This document shows, in pieces, positions 26,946 through 37,843 of a stretch of 64,000 bases of DNA. The stretch is taken from positions 94-64,093 of the forward strand of contig DASRIS010000186.1 in assembly GCA_035649895.1 (NCBI GenBank), written 5' to 3'. A program made the position numbers and the translations under genes. The notes under the pieces were generated by a model. It had not been told where the DNA came from, made no database searches, and saw only the letters and a program-made list of their open reading frames with translations. The stretch's first letter is position 1. Every line of letters starts with the position of its first letter. The stretch comes from Micromonosporaceae bacterium. Its GTDB lineage: Bacteria > Actinomycetota > Actinomycetes > Mycobacteriales > Micromonosporaceae.

Positions 26946-28712
26946 GTGGCACGTAGCGAGGACGCGGATGCTCGCGCCGCGCGGTGGGAGCGAGAGGCCC
27001 ACGATCTCTCCACACAGGTCGCGTTCCTGCAAGAGGAGCTGGCTCTGGTGCGGCGCAAGCTGACAGAGAGCCCGCGCCACGTGCGGCAGCTCGAGGAACG
27101 GCTGGCCGCCACCCAGACGCAGCTCGCTCGCCTGACGGAGAACAACGAGCGGCTCGTGGCCACGCTCAAGGAGGCGCGTGCCCAGATCGTCACCCTCAAG
27201 GAGGAGATTGACCGGCTGGCACAGCCGCCCAGCGGCTACGGCGTGTTCCTGGAACGCCACGAGGACGGCACTGTCGACGTCTTCACCGGGGGGCGCAAGC
27301 TTCGGGTCGCCGTGTCGCCAGCGGTCGACGTCGAGGCGCTACGGCGGGGCCAGGAGGTCCTGCTCAACGACGCGCTGAACATCGTGGACGCGGTCGGCTT
27401 CGAGCGGGCCGGGGACGTCGTGATGCTCAAGGAGATCCTCGACGGGGGCGACCGCGCCCTGGTCATCTCGCACGCCGACGAGGAGCGCATCGTCCACCTC
27501 GCCGACACCCTCATCGACACGCCGCTGCGGGCCGGGGACTCGCTGCTGATCGAGGCGCGCTCGGCGTACGCGTACGAGCGGGTGCCCAAGAGCGAGGTCG
27601 AGGAGCTGGTGCTGGAGGAGGTGCCCGACGTCGGCTACCGCGACATCGGCGGCCTGGACCGGCAGATCGAGCAGATCCGCGACGCGGTCGAGCTGCCGTT
27701 CCTGCACGCCGACCTGTTCCGGGAGCACAGGCTGCGCCCGCCCAAGGGCGTGCTGCTGTACGGCCCGCCCGGCTGCGGCAAGACGCTGATCGCCAAGGCC
27801 GTCGCCAACTCGCTGGCCAAGCAGATGGCGGCCCGCCGGGGTGAGGAGAAGCACACCAGCTACTTCCTCAACATCAAGGGCCCGGAGCTGCTCAACAAGT
27901 ACGTCGGCGAGACCGAGCGGCATATCCGGCTGATCTTCCAGCGGGCACGGGAGAAGGCCGGCGAGGGTACGCCGGTCATCGTGTTCTTCGACGAGATGGA
28001 CTCGGTTTTCCGCACCCGCGGCTCCGGGGTCTCCTCGGACGTGGAGAACACCATCGTCCCGCAGCTGCTGAGCGAGATCGACGGGGTCGAGGGCCTGGAG
28101 AACGTCATCGTGATCGGGGCGTCCAACCGGGAGGACATGATCGACCCGGCGATCCTGCGCCCCGGCCGGCTGGACGTGAAGATCAAGATCGAGCGGCCCG
28201 ACGCCGAGGCGGCCAAGGACATCTTCTCCAAGTACATCCTCGCCGACCTGCCACTGCACGCCGACGACCTGGCCGAGCACGGCGGCTCGGCGGAGGCGTG
28301 CGTGGCCGCCATGATCCAGGCGGCGGTCCTGCGGATGTACTCGGAGACCGAGGAGAACCGGTTCCTGGAGGTCACCTACGCCAACGGGGACAAGGAGGTC
28401 CTGTACTTCAAGGACTTCAACTCCGGCGCCATGATCCAGAACATCGTGGACCGCGCCAAGAAGATGGCGATCAAGGAGTTCCTCGCCACCCAGCGTAAGG
28501 GTCTGCGCCTACAGCACCTGCTGGAGGCGTGCCTCGACGAGTTCCGGGAGAACGAGGACCTGCCCAACACCACCAACCCCGACGACTGGGCCCGCATCTC
28601 CGGCAAGAAGGGCGAGCGCATCGTCTACATCCGTACGCTCGTCTCCGGCGGCAAGGGCACCGAGTCGGGCCGCTCCATCGACACGGTCACCAACACCGGC
28701 CAGTACCTATGA
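26946..28712 (+). CDS. arc: Proteasome-associated AAA ATPase Mpa/ARC
   Basis: N-terminal coiled coil, [19 protein letters not shown] Walker [11 protein letters not shown] Walker B, C-terminal ...TNTGQYL docking motif. GGAGG SD plus GTG. Confidence 0.95.
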   Translation: MARSEDADARAARWEREAHDLSTQVAFLQEELALVRRKLTESPRHVRQLEERLAATQTQLARLTENNERLVATLKEARAQIVTLKEEIDRLAQPPSGYGVFLERHEDGTVDVFTGGRKLRVAVSPAVDVEALRRGQEVLLNDALNIVDAVGFERAGDVVMLKEILDGGDRALVISHADEERIVHLADTLIDTPLRAGDSLLIEARSAYAYERVPKSEVEELVLEEVPDVGYRDIGGLDRQIEQIRDAVELPFLHADLFREHRLRPPKGVLLYGPPGCGKTLIAKAVANSLAKQMAARRGEEKHTSYFLNIKGPELLNKYVGETERHIRLIFQRAREKAGEGTPVIVFFDEMDSVFRTRGSGVSSDVENTIVPQLLSEIDGVEGLENVIVIGASNREDMIDPAILRPGRLDVKIKIERPDAEAAKDIFSKYILADLPLHADDLAEHGGSAEACVAAMIQAAVLRMYSETEENRFLEVTYANGDKEVLYFKDFNSGAMIQNIVDRAKKMAIKEFLATQRKGLRLQHLLEACLDEFRENEDLPNTTNPDDWARISGKKGERIVYIRTLVSGGKGTESGRSIDTVTNTGQYL

Positions 28713-28722
28713 CCCCGGGCAC

Positions 28723-28754
28723 GGCAGCGGCGTGGCGCGGGCCGCGCCGCTGCC
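28723..28754 (+). terminator. 14-bp GC-rich hairpin 10 nt after the arc stop (terminator/attenuator candidate, no U-tract)
   Basis: GGCAGCGGCGTGGC-gcgg-GCCGCGCCGCTGCC (one G-U pair). Confidence 0.4.
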
Positions 28755-28835
28755 TCACCTATCTGGCCCCTGCGCCGCAACAGAGCGCCAGCGGATGCAG
28801 GCCGTTCGTACCCGAGACCGTCTAGGCTCGACGAC

Positions 28836-30353
28836 ATGAGCGTGCGGCGGGTAATGGGCACCGAGGTCGAGTACGGCATCTCCGTCCCGGGGCAGCCCGG
28901 TGCCAACCCGATGGTGACATCGTCCCAGGTGGTCAACGCGTACGGTGCCCGCCCGGAGCTGACCCGGGGCGGGCGGGCGCGCTGGGACTACGAGGAGGAG
29001 TCGCCGCTGCGTGACGCGCGCGGCTTCACCTACTCCGGCGCGGCGTACGACCCGGCCGAGGCCCTGGCCGACGAGGACCTGGGCCTGGCCAACGTGATCC
29101 TCACCAACGGCGCCCGGCTGTACGTCGACCACGCCCACCCGGAGTACTCGACCCCCGAGGTCACCAACCCCCGGGACCTGGTGCTGTGGGACAAGGCTGG
29201 CGAGCACGTGATGGCCGAGGCGTCGCGGCGGGCCGCGACCATCCCCGGCAGCCACCAGATCCACCTCTACAAGCACAATACCGACAACAAGGGCGTAAGC
29301 TACGGCGCCCACGAGAACTACCTGATGCGGCGGCAGACCCCGTTCACCGACATCGTCACGCACCTGACGCCGTTCTTCGTCACCCGGCAGATCGTCTGCG
29401 GCGCCGGGCGGGTGGGCATCGGCCAGGACGGCTCCACCCCTGGCTACCAGATCTCGCAGCGCGCCGACTTCTTCGAGGTCGAGGTGGGCCTGGAGACCAC
29501 GCTCAAGCGCCCGATCATCAACACCCGCGACGAGCCGCACGCCGACGCCGACAAGTACCGCCGCCTGCACGTCATCATCGGCGACGCCAACCTGTCGGAG
29601 ATCTCCACCTACCTCAAGGCCGGCACCACCTCGCTCATCCTCACGATGATCGAGGAGAAGGCGCTCACCCCCGACCTCAGCATCGCCGACCCGGTCGCCG
29701 AGCTCAAGGCGGTCAGCCACGACCACAGCCTGCGGCACCTGATGCGGCTGCGGGACGGGCGCCGGCTCACCGCCCTCGACCTGCAGTGGGCGTACTTCGA
29801 GCGGGCCAGGTCCTTTGTGGACGACCGGTACGGCGCCGACCTGGACGAGGTCACCGCCGACGTGCTGGAGCGCTGGGAGAGCGTGCTGGACCGGCTCAGC
29901 CGTGACCCCATGCTCTGCGCCGGCGAGCTGGACTGGGTGGCGAAGCTGCGGCTGCTAGAGGGCTACCGCGAGCGGGAGCAGCTGGAGTGGGCCTCCCCGA
30001 AGCTCGCCCTGGTCGACCTCCAGTACGCCGACGTGCGCCAGGAGAAGGGCCTCTACCACCGGCTGGTCGCCCGGGGCGCGATGCGCACGCTCTTCGACGA
30101 GGCGCGGGCCCGTGCCGCGATGGTCACCCCGCCGGAGGACACCCGCGCCTACTTCCGCGGACGCTGCCTGGCCCAGTACGGCTCCGAGGTGGTCGCGGCC
30201 AGCTGGGACTCGGTGATCTTCGATGTCGGCCGGGAGTCGCTGGTCCGGGTGCCGATGATGGAGCCCGAACGGGGGACCAAGGCGCACGTGGGCGCGCTGT
30301 TCGACCGGTGCCCCAGCGCAAAGGACCTGCTGGAGGCGATCACGTCGGGCTGA
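28836..30353 (+). CDS. dop: Pup deamidase/depupylase Dop
   Basis: [38 protein letters not shown] and [22 protein letters not shown], paralogous to PafA downstream. Confidence 0.9.
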   Translation: MSVRRVMGTEVEYGISVPGQPGANPMVTSSQVVNAYGARPELTRGGRARWDYEEESPLRDARGFTYSGAAYDPAEALADEDLGLANVILTNGARLYVDHAHPEYSTPEVTNPRDLVLWDKAGEHVMAEASRRAATIPGSHQIHLYKHNTDNKGVSYGAHENYLMRRQTPFTDIVTHLTPFFVTRQIVCGAGRVGIGQDGSTPGYQISQRADFFEVEVGLETTLKRPIINTRDEPHADADKYRRLHVIIGDANLSEISTYLKAGTTSLILTMIEEKALTPDLSIADPVAELKAVSHDHSLRHLMRLRDGRRLTALDLQWAYFERARSFVDDRYGADLDEVTADVLERWESVLDRLSRDPMLCAGELDWVAKLRLLEGYREREQLEWASPKLALVDLQYADVRQEKGLYHRLVARGAMRTLFDEARARAAMVTPPEDTRAYFRGRCLAQYGSEVVAASWDSVIFDVGRESLVRVPMMEPERGTKAHVGALFDRCPSAKDLLEAITSG

Positions 30354-30418
30354 CCCGCGGGTCCGTCGTACCGTCGGAGTAGGGTTTCGGGGCAACGCAA
30401 GTAGGAGGAGGGCGAGGG

Positions 30419-30637
30419 ATGGCTACCCGTGACGGCTCAGGCCAGTCGCAGTCCGGCAAGGCCCGCCGGGACCAGGACATCGACGAGGCGCCCGCGCCCG
30501 AGGCTAACCCCGAGGTCGCCGAGCGTCATGAGCAGCTGACGGAGGATGTGGACGACCTGCTCGACGAGATCGACTCCGTGCTGGAGGAGAACGCCGAGGA
30601 GTTTGTCCGGGGCTACGTGCAGAAGGGCGGTCAGTAG
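30419..30637 (+). CDS. pup: Prokaryotic ubiquitin-like protein Pup (ends GGQ, so needs Dop deamidation)
   Basis: 72 aa. [45 protein letters not shown]. Confidence 0.95.
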   Translation: MATRDGSGQSQSGKARRDQDIDEAPAPEANPEVAERHEQLTEDVDDLLDEIDSVLEENAEEFVRGYVQKGGQ

Positions 30638-30701
30638 CCGCTCCGGCCGCGTCGCGGCGTATGGTGTTCCACCGGCTGATCCAACACCTGAAGGGACGCA
30701 C

Positions 30702-31541
30702 GTGGCAGCGGTTCATGACTCATTCGGTCGTCTCCCGGCGGTGTTCACCACGCCGGGGACGTCGTCCTTCACCGAGTTTCTGAGCCTGGCCGCGCCCGAG
30801 CTGCTGCCCGGGCGCCGGCCCCTGCCGCCTGGGACGGCGGCGCAGGTGGCCCCGCACGCCACCACGATCGTGGCGATCTCGTGTGCCGGCGGCGTGGTCA
30901 TGGCCGGTGACCGCCGGGCCACCATGGGCAACCTCATCGCCAGCCGGGACATCGAGAAGGTGCACCCCGCGGACGCGTACTCGCTGGTCGGCATCGCGGG
31001 CACGGCCGGTGTCGGCATCGAGATGATACGGCTCTACCAGGTCGAGCTGGAGCACTACGAGAAGATCGAGGGCGCGATGCTCTCGCTGGACGGCAAGGCC
31101 AACCGGCTCGCCACGATGATCCGCAACAACCTCGGCGCCGCGTTGCAGGGCCTCGCCGTGATCCCGCTGTTCGCCGGGTTCGACCTGGACGCGCAGGACC
31201 CGGCCGTGGCCGGGCGTATCTTCAGCTTCGACGTGGCCGGCGGCGTCTACGAGGAGAAGGGGTACGACGCCATCGGCTCGGGCTCGCTGTTCGCCCGTTC
31301 GGCGCTGAAGAAGCGGCACCGGCCCGGGATGAGCGTGGACGACACGGTCCGGCTGGCGGTGGAGGCGCTCTACGACGCCGCCGACGACGACACCGCAACC
31401 GGCGGCCCGGACCTGACCCGCCGCATCTACCCGGTGGTGATGACGGCGACGGCCGAGGGCACCAGCCGGGTCGCCGAGGAGCAGTGCGCAGCCATCACCG
31501 AGTCCGTAGTCGCCGGCCGGATGGACAACCCGGGCGGGTGA
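30702..31541 (+). CDS. prcB: Proteasome beta subunit PrcB (with propeptide)
   Basis: Propeptide ending APHA, then [21 protein letters not shown] (active-site Thr). AAGGGA plus GTG 30702 is the chosen start. Confidence 0.9.
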   Translation: MAAVHDSFGRLPAVFTTPGTSSFTEFLSLAAPELLPGRRPLPPGTAAQVAPHATTIVAISCAGGVVMAGDRRATMGNLIASRDIEKVHPADAYSLVGIAGTAGVGIEMIRLYQVELEHYEKIEGAMLSLDGKANRLATMIRNNLGAALQGLAVIPLFAGFDLDAQDPAVAGRIFSFDVAGGVYEEKGYDAIGSGSLFARSALKKRHRPGMSVDDTVRLAVEALYDAADDDTATGGPDLTRRIYPVVMTATAEGTSRVAEEQCAAITESVVAGRMDNPGG

Positions 31542-31623
31542 CGCCCGCTGCCCATCCGTCCCTGCCCACCGCCACACCTGTCCGTCCGTCCCGCCCTCGA
31601 CCGTCCAAAGGAGACCGCCCGCC

Positions 31624-32616
31624 GTGGCCATGCAGTTCTACGCGTCGCCCGAGCAGATCATGCGCGACCGTGCGGAGTACGCCCGCAAGGGCATCGGTCG
31701 TGGTCGCAGCGTTGTGGTGCTGAGCTACGTCGGTGGTGTGCTCTTCGTCGCGGAGAACCCGTCGATCGCGCTGCACAAGGTCAGTGAGATCTACGACCGG
31801 ATCGGGTTCGCGGCGGTCGGCCGGTACAACGAGTTCGAGAACCTGCGCGCGGCCGGGGTGCGCATGGCGGACCTGCGCGGGTACTCCTACGACCGGCGCG
31901 ACGTCACCGGGCGCGCCCTGGCCAACGCGTACGCCCAGACGCTCGGTGCGCTCTTCAGCGAGCAGGGCAAGCCGTTCGAGGTGGAGATCTGCGTCGCCGA
32001 GGTGGGTCCGGCGCCGCAGCGCGACGAGCTCTACCGGCTCACCTACGACGGCTCGGTGCAGGACGAGCCCGGGTTCATGGCGATGGGGGGCCAGGCCGAG
32101 GCGATCGCCGGCGGGCTGCGCGCCCAGCACCGGTCTGACCTGTCCCTCGGCGAGGCGCTCAAGCTCGCGGTGACCGCGCTGGCCAGCGTCGGCGGGGACG
32201 GGGGCGCGCCGCGTACGATCCCGGCCACGCAGCTGGAGGTGGCGATCCTCGACCGGCAGCGCACCGGCCGCACGTTCCGGCGGATCAGCGGTGCGGCACT
32301 GGCCGGGCTGCTCGACGGTGGGGCGACCGCCGACGCGGCCCCCGCTGCGGTGGAGGCGGACACCGCGGTGGAGGCGGGCACCGCCGCCACGCCGGAGCCC
32401 GCCGCGACATCGCCGGGCAAGCCAGAGCCGGAGACCTCAGCCGGCTCCGGCCCGGAGCAGACGGCGGCCTCCCCCACCGCGGACGAGGCCACTACCGCGG
32501 ATGAGGCCTCCACCGCGGACGAGGCAACTACCTCGGCAGATGAGCCGGCGGCCGGGTCGGGCGCGACCAACGGCGGGCCGGCGGCAACAGACGGTCCGGC
32601 GGTTGACGGCCGGTAG
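31624..32616 (+). CDS. prcA: Proteasome alpha subunit PrcA with a ~98 aa acidic Ala/Thr/Pro-rich C-terminal extension
   Basis: [41 protein letters not shown]. The conserved core ends near [15 protein letters not shown] (residue ~232). Confidence 0.9.
   Translation: MAMQFYASPEQIMRDRAEYARKGIGRGRSVVVLSYVGGVLFVAENPSIALHKVSEIYDRIGFAAVGRYNEFENLRAAGVRMADLRGYSYDRRDVTGRALANAYAQTLGALFSEQGKPFEVEICVAEVGPAPQRDELYRLTYDGSVQDEPGFMAMGGQAEAIAGGLRAQHRSDLSLGEALKLAVTALASVGGDGGAPRTIPATQLEVAILDRQRTGRTFRRISGAALAGLLDGGATADAAPAAVEADTAVEAGTAATPEPAATSPGKPEPETSAGSGPEQTAASPTADEATTADEASTADEATTSADEPAAGSGATNGGPAATDGPAVDGR
32479..32532 (+). repeat. 3 x 18-bp tandem repeat ([18 protein letters not shown]) in the PrcA tail
   Basis: gcggacgaggccactacc / gcggatgaggcctccacc / gcggacgaggcaactacc. 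Confidence 0.8.
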
Positions 32617-32698
32617 CCGGCGCCCGGCCGGTACAACACCGAAAAACGGGCCGGCCGGCCCCCGGCCAGAGACCCCCTACGGCGGTTAGTGTCTGTTC

Positions 32699-34057
32699 AT
32701 GGACCGGCGCATTTTCGGGCTCGAGACCGAGTACGGGGTCACCTGCACGTACCGTGGGCAGCGGCGGCTGTCGCCCGACGAGGTCGCGCGGTACCTCTTC
32801 CGGCGGGTCGTCTCGTGGGGGCGCTCAAGCAACGTCTTCCTGCGTAACGGCGCCCGGCTCTACCTGGACGTCGGCTCCCACCCGGAGTACGCCACCCCGG
32901 AGTGTGACTCGGTGACCGACCTGGTGGTCCACGACCGGGCCGGGGAGCGGATCCTGGAGGGGCTGCTCGTCGACGCCGAGAAGCGGCTGCACGACGAGGG
33001 CATCGCCGGGGAGATCTACCTGTTCAAGAACAACACCGACTCAGCTGGCAACTCATACGGCTGCCACGAGAACTACCTGGTGTCGCGGCACGGTGAGTTC
33101 GGGCGCCTGGCGGACGTGCTGATCCCGTTCCTGGTCACCCGCCAGCTGACCTGCGGCGCCGGCAAGGTGCTGCAGACCCCGCGCGGGGCGGTCTACTGCC
33201 TGTCCCAGCGGGCCGAGCACATCTGGGAGGGCGTCTCCAGCGCGACCACCCGCAGCCGCCCGATCATCAACACCCGCGACGAGCCGCACGCCGACGCGGA
33301 GCGGTACCGGCGGCTGCACGTGATCGTCGGCGACTCCAACATGAACGAGGTGACCACGCTGCTGAAGGTCGGCAGCGCCGACATCGTGCTGCGCATGATC
33401 GAGGCCGGCGTGGTGATGCGCGACCTGTCGCTGGAGAACCCGATCCGGGCCATCCGGGAGGTCTCCCACGACATCACCGGCCGGCGCAAGGTGCGGCTGG
33501 CCAACGGCAAGGAGGCCAGCGCGCTCGAGATCCAGCAGGAGTACTTCGCCAAGGCCAGCGAGTTCATCGAGCGCCGCGGCAGCGACCAGGTCGCCAAGCG
33601 GGTGGTCGACCTGTGGGGGCGGACCCTGCAGGCGGTGGAGAGCGGGGACCTGCGCGGGGTCGAACGGGAGATCGACTGGGTGACGAAGCTGCGGGTGCTC
33701 GAGTCGTACCAGCGCCGCCATGACCTGCCGCTGTCCCACCCCCGGCTGGCCCAGATGGACCTGGCCTACCACGACCTGCGCCGCGGCCGTGGTCTCTACG
33801 GCCTGCTGGAGCGGCGGGGGGCGGTCGACCGCATCGCCACCGACCTGGAGATCTTCGAGGCGAAGGAGACGCCGCCGCAGACCACCCGGGCCCGGCTGCG
33901 GGGCGAGTTCATCCGCCACGCGCAGGAGCGCCGGCGTGACTTCACCGTCGACTGGGTACACCTCAAGCTCAACGACCAGGCGCAGCGTACGGTGCTGTGC
34001 AAGGATCCGTTCCGGGCGTACGACGAACGGGTGGAACGGCTCATCGCGAGCATGTGA
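32699..34057 (+). CDS. pafA: Pup-protein ligase PafA
   Basis: [62 protein letters not shown]. Confidence 0.92.
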   Translation: MDRRIFGLETEYGVTCTYRGQRRLSPDEVARYLFRRVVSWGRSSNVFLRNGARLYLDVGSHPEYATPECDSVTDLVVHDRAGERILEGLLVDAEKRLHDEGIAGEIYLFKNNTDSAGNSYGCHENYLVSRHGEFGRLADVLIPFLVTRQLTCGAGKVLQTPRGAVYCLSQRAEHIWEGVSSATTRSRPIINTRDEPHADAERYRRLHVIVGDSNMNEVTTLLKVGSADIVLRMIEAGVVMRDLSLENPIRAIREVSHDITGRRKVRLANGKEASALEIQQEYFAKASEFIERRGSDQVAKRVVDLWGRTLQAVESGDLRGVEREIDWVTKLRVLESYQRRHDLPLSHPRLAQMDLAYHDLRRGRGLYGLLERRGAVDRIATDLEIFEAKETPPQTTRARLRGEFIRHAQERRRDFTVDWVHLKLNDQAQRTVLCKDPFRAYDERVERLIASM

Positions 34058-34092
34058 AGGCCCGTGGCGCCCGCGCGGAGGGAGCGCTGGCG

Positions 34093-34314
34093 ATGAACAA
34101 GCCTGATACAAGCGAGCGCAGGCAGGCGCCGGAGGAGGTGTCCGAGCGCAGCTACACCGAGGCTCGGATGGGCTGGTCGCAGCGCCGCCGCGAGAAGATC
34201 GTCGCGGAGATCGAGCGGAACCGGCGCGGTGACCACAAGGTCCCCACCTGGGTGCTGGCGCTGGTGCTCGTCGCCTTCGTAGCCGTCTGGGCTGCGGTGA
34301 TCGCCCTCTCCTGA
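34093..34314 (+). CDS. Small membrane-anchored hypothetical protein (73 aa, C-terminal TM)
   Basis: ATG 34093. Charged N-terminus, then PTWVLALVLVAFVAVWAAVIAL. Confidence 0.45.
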   Translation: MNKPDTSERRQAPEEVSERSYTEARMGWSQRRREKIVAEIERNRRGDHKVPTWVLALVLVAFVAVWAAVIALS

Positions 34315-34389
34315 GCCGCCGGCGAGCACGCGCGGCGGGGCTGGCCCTGGGCTACCCGGCCGCCGCCCACCCGTGTGCCGGGCAGCCGC

Positions 34390-35520
34390 CTATCTCGGCG
34401 GGTTACCTGCGGCTCTCGGCGGGTTACCTGCGGCCAGCAGCGTTGCGGCGTGCCGGCCGGCCGCCGCGGCGGCCAGGAAGTAGGCCGGGTCGTCGTCCAG
34501 CCCCCGGCCCATGGTGGACAGCGGCACCGGTGCCGCCCGCAGCGCCGCGTCCAGCCCGCAGGTCGGCACCCGTACGACCCGGTGGCGGGCCGCCAGCGGG
34601 GCGAGTGTGGCCTCCACCGCGGTCGCCAGCTCGGCGTCGATGCCGTCGGGCACCACCAGGTCGGCTCGGGCGAGCGCCACCCGCCCGTACGCCGTGAGGC
34701 TGTGGTGGGAGAGCCCCCGGTGCCGGGGGCGCGGGTCAGCGGCTGAGAGGCGCAGCGACCCGACCGGCCGGCCGCCCAGTGCGGCGGTTGCGTTGACCGC
34801 CTCGCCGACGGCGACGCCGGAGAAGCCCCAGCGGGTGCCGCTGCCGAGGTTGCCGGGGCCCTGGGCGACGACCGCCACGTCCGCCGCGAGCACCAGCCTG
34901 GCCGCCAGAAGCCCACTGTGGACTGTCGTGGCCTCCAGGTCGCCGCCGAACGCCTGGCCTACCGTCACCGTGCCGGCCAGCTGCCCGCGCAGCCCGTCCA
35001 GGGTCCGGGAGAACCAGGCGGGCAGGGCCGCGCCGTCGGTCATGACATAGGCGACCCGGGCGTCCGGCGCGTCGGCGTGCACCCCGGCCAGCACCGCCGG
35101 CAGCGCCGAGTGCAGGTCTGCCGTGACCACCGGCAGCCCGGCCAGGTCGTCCGCGTCGGCGAGCAGCTCGTGGTGCGGCGAGGACTGCTCCTCGACGCCG
35201 CGTACGACCGCCTGTAGTGGGGTGTACCTGGCCTTGACCAGGTGGCCGCCGTCCCGGCCGAGCGCCGCGGACTCCGGGTCAGGCGGCAACCGGTCGGGCA
35301 GGGCGACCACCAGGGCGTACCCGCCGGTGCCCAGGCCGAGCGCCTGCGCGCCGATGTTGAGCAGCACCCGGTCGCCCTCGCCGGGCTCGCCGACGAGCGC
35401 CGGGTAGGCCAGCGCCCGTACCGGGCCGTCGGGCAGGGCCACGTCCAGCTCGACCGCGCCGTGCCAGCGGCGGCGCAGCGCCGTCACCGTACCTGCCCGC
35501 CACCGCACCACGGCGGCCAC
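34390..35520 (-). CDS. Conserved hypothetical protein, DUF3866-like (assignment from memory)
   Basis: 376 aa. VVRWRAGTVTALRRRW ... GHLVKARYTPLQ ... resembles DUF3866 proteins as I recall them. Confidence 0.55.
   Translation of the reverse strand: MAAVVRWRAGTVTALRRRWHGAVELDVALPDGPVRALAYPALVGEPGEGDRVLLNIGAQALGLGTGGYALVVALPDRLPPDPESAALGRDGGHLVKARYTPLQAVVRGVEEQSSPHHELLADADDLAGLPVVTADLHSALPAVLAGVHADAPDARVAYVMTDGAALPAWFSRTLDGLRGQLAGTVTVGQAFGGDLEATTVHSGLLAARLVLAADVAVVAQGPGNLGSGTRWGFSGVAVGEAVNATAALGGRPVGSLRLSAADPRPRHRGLSHHSLTAYGRVALARADLVVPDGIDAELATAVEATLAPLAARHRVVRVPTCGLDAALRAAPVPLSTMGRGLDDDPAYFLAAAAAGRHAATLLAAGNPPRAAGNPPR
34394..34435 (-). repeat. 2 x 21-bp tandem duplication at the 3' end of the DUF3866-like gene (AAGNPPR x2)
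   Basis: ctcggcgggttacctgcggct / ctcggcgggttacctgcggcc (20/21 identical). Confidence 0.85.
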
Positions 35521-35680
35521 GCTAGCCCACCGGACCGGGACGAGCCGGTGGGGACCCGCTCCTCGCGCCCGCTACGGCTCGCGTCCCGCCAGCCCCGGCA
35601 TCAGCGAGGTAGCCGGACCACCCTGCAAAACGCACCGGAACGTCTCGGCGTTGCCATGCGCACACCAGTACGGACGCTGC

Positions 35681-35686
35681 TAGGTT
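35681..35686 (+). promoter_or_regulatory. -10-like TAGGTT 6 nt upstream of the pafB GTG (possible leaderless transcript)
   Basis: TAGGTTcgacacGTG. No SD sequence precedes the start. Matches the actinobacterial TANNNT -10 consensus. Confidence 0.3.
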
Positions 35687-35692
35687 CGACAC

Positions 35693-36874
35693 GTGTCGCG
35701 CAACCGTACCGAGCGCCTCGTCAACCTGGTCATCTGCCTGTTGTCGACGCGCCGGTTCCTGACCGCAGCACAGATCGCCGCGACTGTCCCGGGGTACGAG
35801 CACGACGCGTCGGACCCGCGTGAGCACGACGCGTTCCAGCGCAAGTTCGAGCGGGACAAGGCCGAGCTGCGCGAGCTCGGGGTGCCGCTGGAGACGGGCA
35901 CGTCCAGCGTCTTCGACGCCGAGCCCGGCTACCGGGTCGCGCCCCGGGAGTACGCGCTGCCCGACATCCCGCTGGAGCCGGACGAGACGGCCGCGGTGGG
36001 CATCGCCGCCCGGCTGTGGCGCCACGCCGGCCTGGCCGCCGCGGCCTCCTCGGGCCTGGCCAAGCTGCGCGCGGCCGGGATCGACGTCGACCCGGACGCC
36101 ACCCTGGGCGTGGAGCCGGTGGTCACCGTTGACAACGCGTTCGAGCCGCTGACCGCCGCCGCCCGGGAGCGCCAGCCGGTGACGTTCGACTACCGGGCAC
36201 CGGAGCAGGACGCGTCCCGCACGCGCCGCCTTCAGCCGTGGGGCGTGGTGTGCTGGCGGGGTCGGTGGTACGTGGTCGGCCACGACGTCGACCGGGCGGC
36301 GGCGCGCTGCTTCCGGCTCTCCCGGATCGTCGGCCGGGTGCGGCGGGCCGGGCGCCCGCACTCGTTCACCCCGCCGGCAGGTCTCGACCTGCTCAGCTAC
36401 GTCGCCCGCTGGTCGGGCACTGTCGAGCGGACGAACACGGCCGTCGTGCTGGCCCAGTCCGGCCGGGCGGCCGGCGTACGGCGCTGGGCCCAGGAGGTCA
36501 CCCCCACCCCCGACGGCGACCGGCTGACCCTGCGGTACGCCGACCCGGAGGGGCTCGCCTCGTGGCTGGTCGGCTACGGCGCGGACGTGGTCGTCCTGGA
36601 CCCGCCCGAGGTGCGCGACGCGGTCGTCGCGCGGCTGCGCCAGATCTGGGCCGCGCACCAGCCCGCCGACGCCCCGCCGCATCAGCCCAGCACCGCCGCA
36701 CCACACCAGTCCGGTCGCGCCTCGCCACATGCGCTCGGCGGCGTCCCGTCGTACCAGCCTGGCAGCGTGCCGTCGTACCAGCCCGGCGGCGTGCCGTCGC
36801 GCGAGCCCGGCAGCGCCCCACCGACCGCCGGGCGGGCCGCGCCGCCGGCCGAGACCGCCGTCGTGGGCCGGTGA
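35693..36874 (+). CDS. pafB: PafB (HTH-WYL regulator) with a Pro-rich repeat-containing C-terminal extension
   Basis: RTERLVNLVICLLSTRRFLTAAQIAATVPGY, followed by a WYL-type domain (WGVVCWRGRWYVVGHD). Confidence 0.85.
   Translation: MSRNRTERLVNLVICLLSTRRFLTAAQIAATVPGYEHDASDPREHDAFQRKFERDKAELRELGVPLETGTSSVFDAEPGYRVAPREYALPDIPLEPDETAAVGIAARLWRHAGLAAAASSGLAKLRAAGIDVDPDATLGVEPVVTVDNAFEPLTAAARERQPVTFDYRAPEQDASRTRRLQPWGVVCWRGRWYVVGHDVDRAAARCFRLSRIVGRVRRAGRPHSFTPPAGLDLLSYVARWSGTVERTNTAVVLAQSGRAAGVRRWAQEVTPTPDGDRLTLRYADPEGLASWLVGYGADVVVLDPPEVRDAVVARLRQIWAAHQPADAPPHQPSTAAPHQSGRASPHALGGVPSYQPGSVPSYQPGGVPSREPGSAPPTAGRAAPPAETAVVGR
36737..36808 (+). repeat. 3 x 24-bp tandem repeat in the pafB 3' region (GGVPSYQP/GSVPSYQP/GGVPSREP)
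   Basis: ggcggcgtcccgtcgtaccagcct / ggcagcgtgccgtcgtaccagccc / ggcggcgtgccgtcgcgcgagccc. Confidence 0.85.
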
Positions 36875-37833
36875 CCACGCCGCGCGCCTCGGCGGACCGG
36901 CTGGGCCGGCTGCTCAACCTAGTGCCGTACCTGCTGGCCCGGCCAGGGATCGCGGTGGACGAGGCGGCGGCGGACCTGGGCGTGACCAGCCGGCAGCTGC
37001 GCGAGGACCTGGAGCTGCTGTGGGTCTGCGGGCTGCCGGGCTACGGGCCGGGCGACCTGATCGACATGGCCTTTGACGGCGACCGGGTCACGATCACCTA
37101 CGACGCCGGCATCGACCGGCCGCTGCGGCTGACCCCGGACGAGGCCCTGGCGCTGGTGGTGGCGCTGCGGATGCTGGTGGAGACGCCGGGGCTGGACAAC
37201 CGGGACGCGGTCGGGCGGGCTCTGGCGAAGATCGAGTCGGCGGCGGGGGAGCTGGCCGACGCGCCGGTGGCGGTCCGCCTGCCCGGCGACGCGGACCGGC
37301 TGGACACCATCCGCGCGGCCGTGCAGCGCCGATGCGCGCTGCGGATCACGTACTACACCGCCGCGAGGGACGAGACCCGAGACCGGGTGGTCGACCCGAT
37401 GCGGGTGCTGGTGGTCGGCGGCCGGGCCTACCTGGAGGCGTGGTGCCGTACCGCGGCAGCGGTGCGGCGGTTCCGGGTGGACCGCATCGACGGTCTCACG
37501 GAGCTGGACGAGCCCGCGGCGCCGCCACCGCAGGCCCGGCCGACGGACGTCAGCGACGGCATCTTCCGGCCGGGCGCCGACCTGCCCCTGGTGACGCTGC
37601 GGGTGGGGCGCTCGGCGCGCTGGGTTACCGAGTACTACCCGTGCGAGTCGGTCCGGGAGGCCTCACCCGATGCCTGGCTGGTGTCGCTTCGCGTGACCGA
37701 CCTGGCCTGGGCGCGCCGGCTGGTGCTCGGGCTCGGCCCGGACGTGGCCGTGGTCGCCCCGCCGGAGCTGGTCGCCGGGGTACAGGACGCGGCCGGTGCC
37801 GCGCTCGCTGCGTACGGCCACGAGCCGGGTTAG
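36871..37833 (+). CDS. pafC: PafC (HTH-WYL regulator, PafB partner)
   Basis: GTGA overlap with the pafB stop. ADRLGRLLNLVPYLLARPGIAVDEAAADLGVTSRQLREDLELLWVCGLPGYGPGDLID. Confidence 0.85.
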   Translation: MTTPRASADRLGRLLNLVPYLLARPGIAVDEAAADLGVTSRQLREDLELLWVCGLPGYGPGDLIDMAFDGDRVTITYDAGIDRPLRLTPDEALALVVALRMLVETPGLDNRDAVGRALAKIESAAGELADAPVAVRLPGDADRLDTIRAAVQRRCALRITYYTAARDETRDRVVDPMRVLVVGGRAYLEAWCRTAAAVRRFRVDRIDGLTELDEPAAPPPQARPTDVSDGIFRPGADLPLVTLRVGRSARWVTEYYPCESVREASPDAWLVSLRVTDLAWARRLVLGLGPDVAVVAPPELVAGVQDAAGAALAAYGHEPG

Positions 37834-37843
37834 GCTGCGGTCC

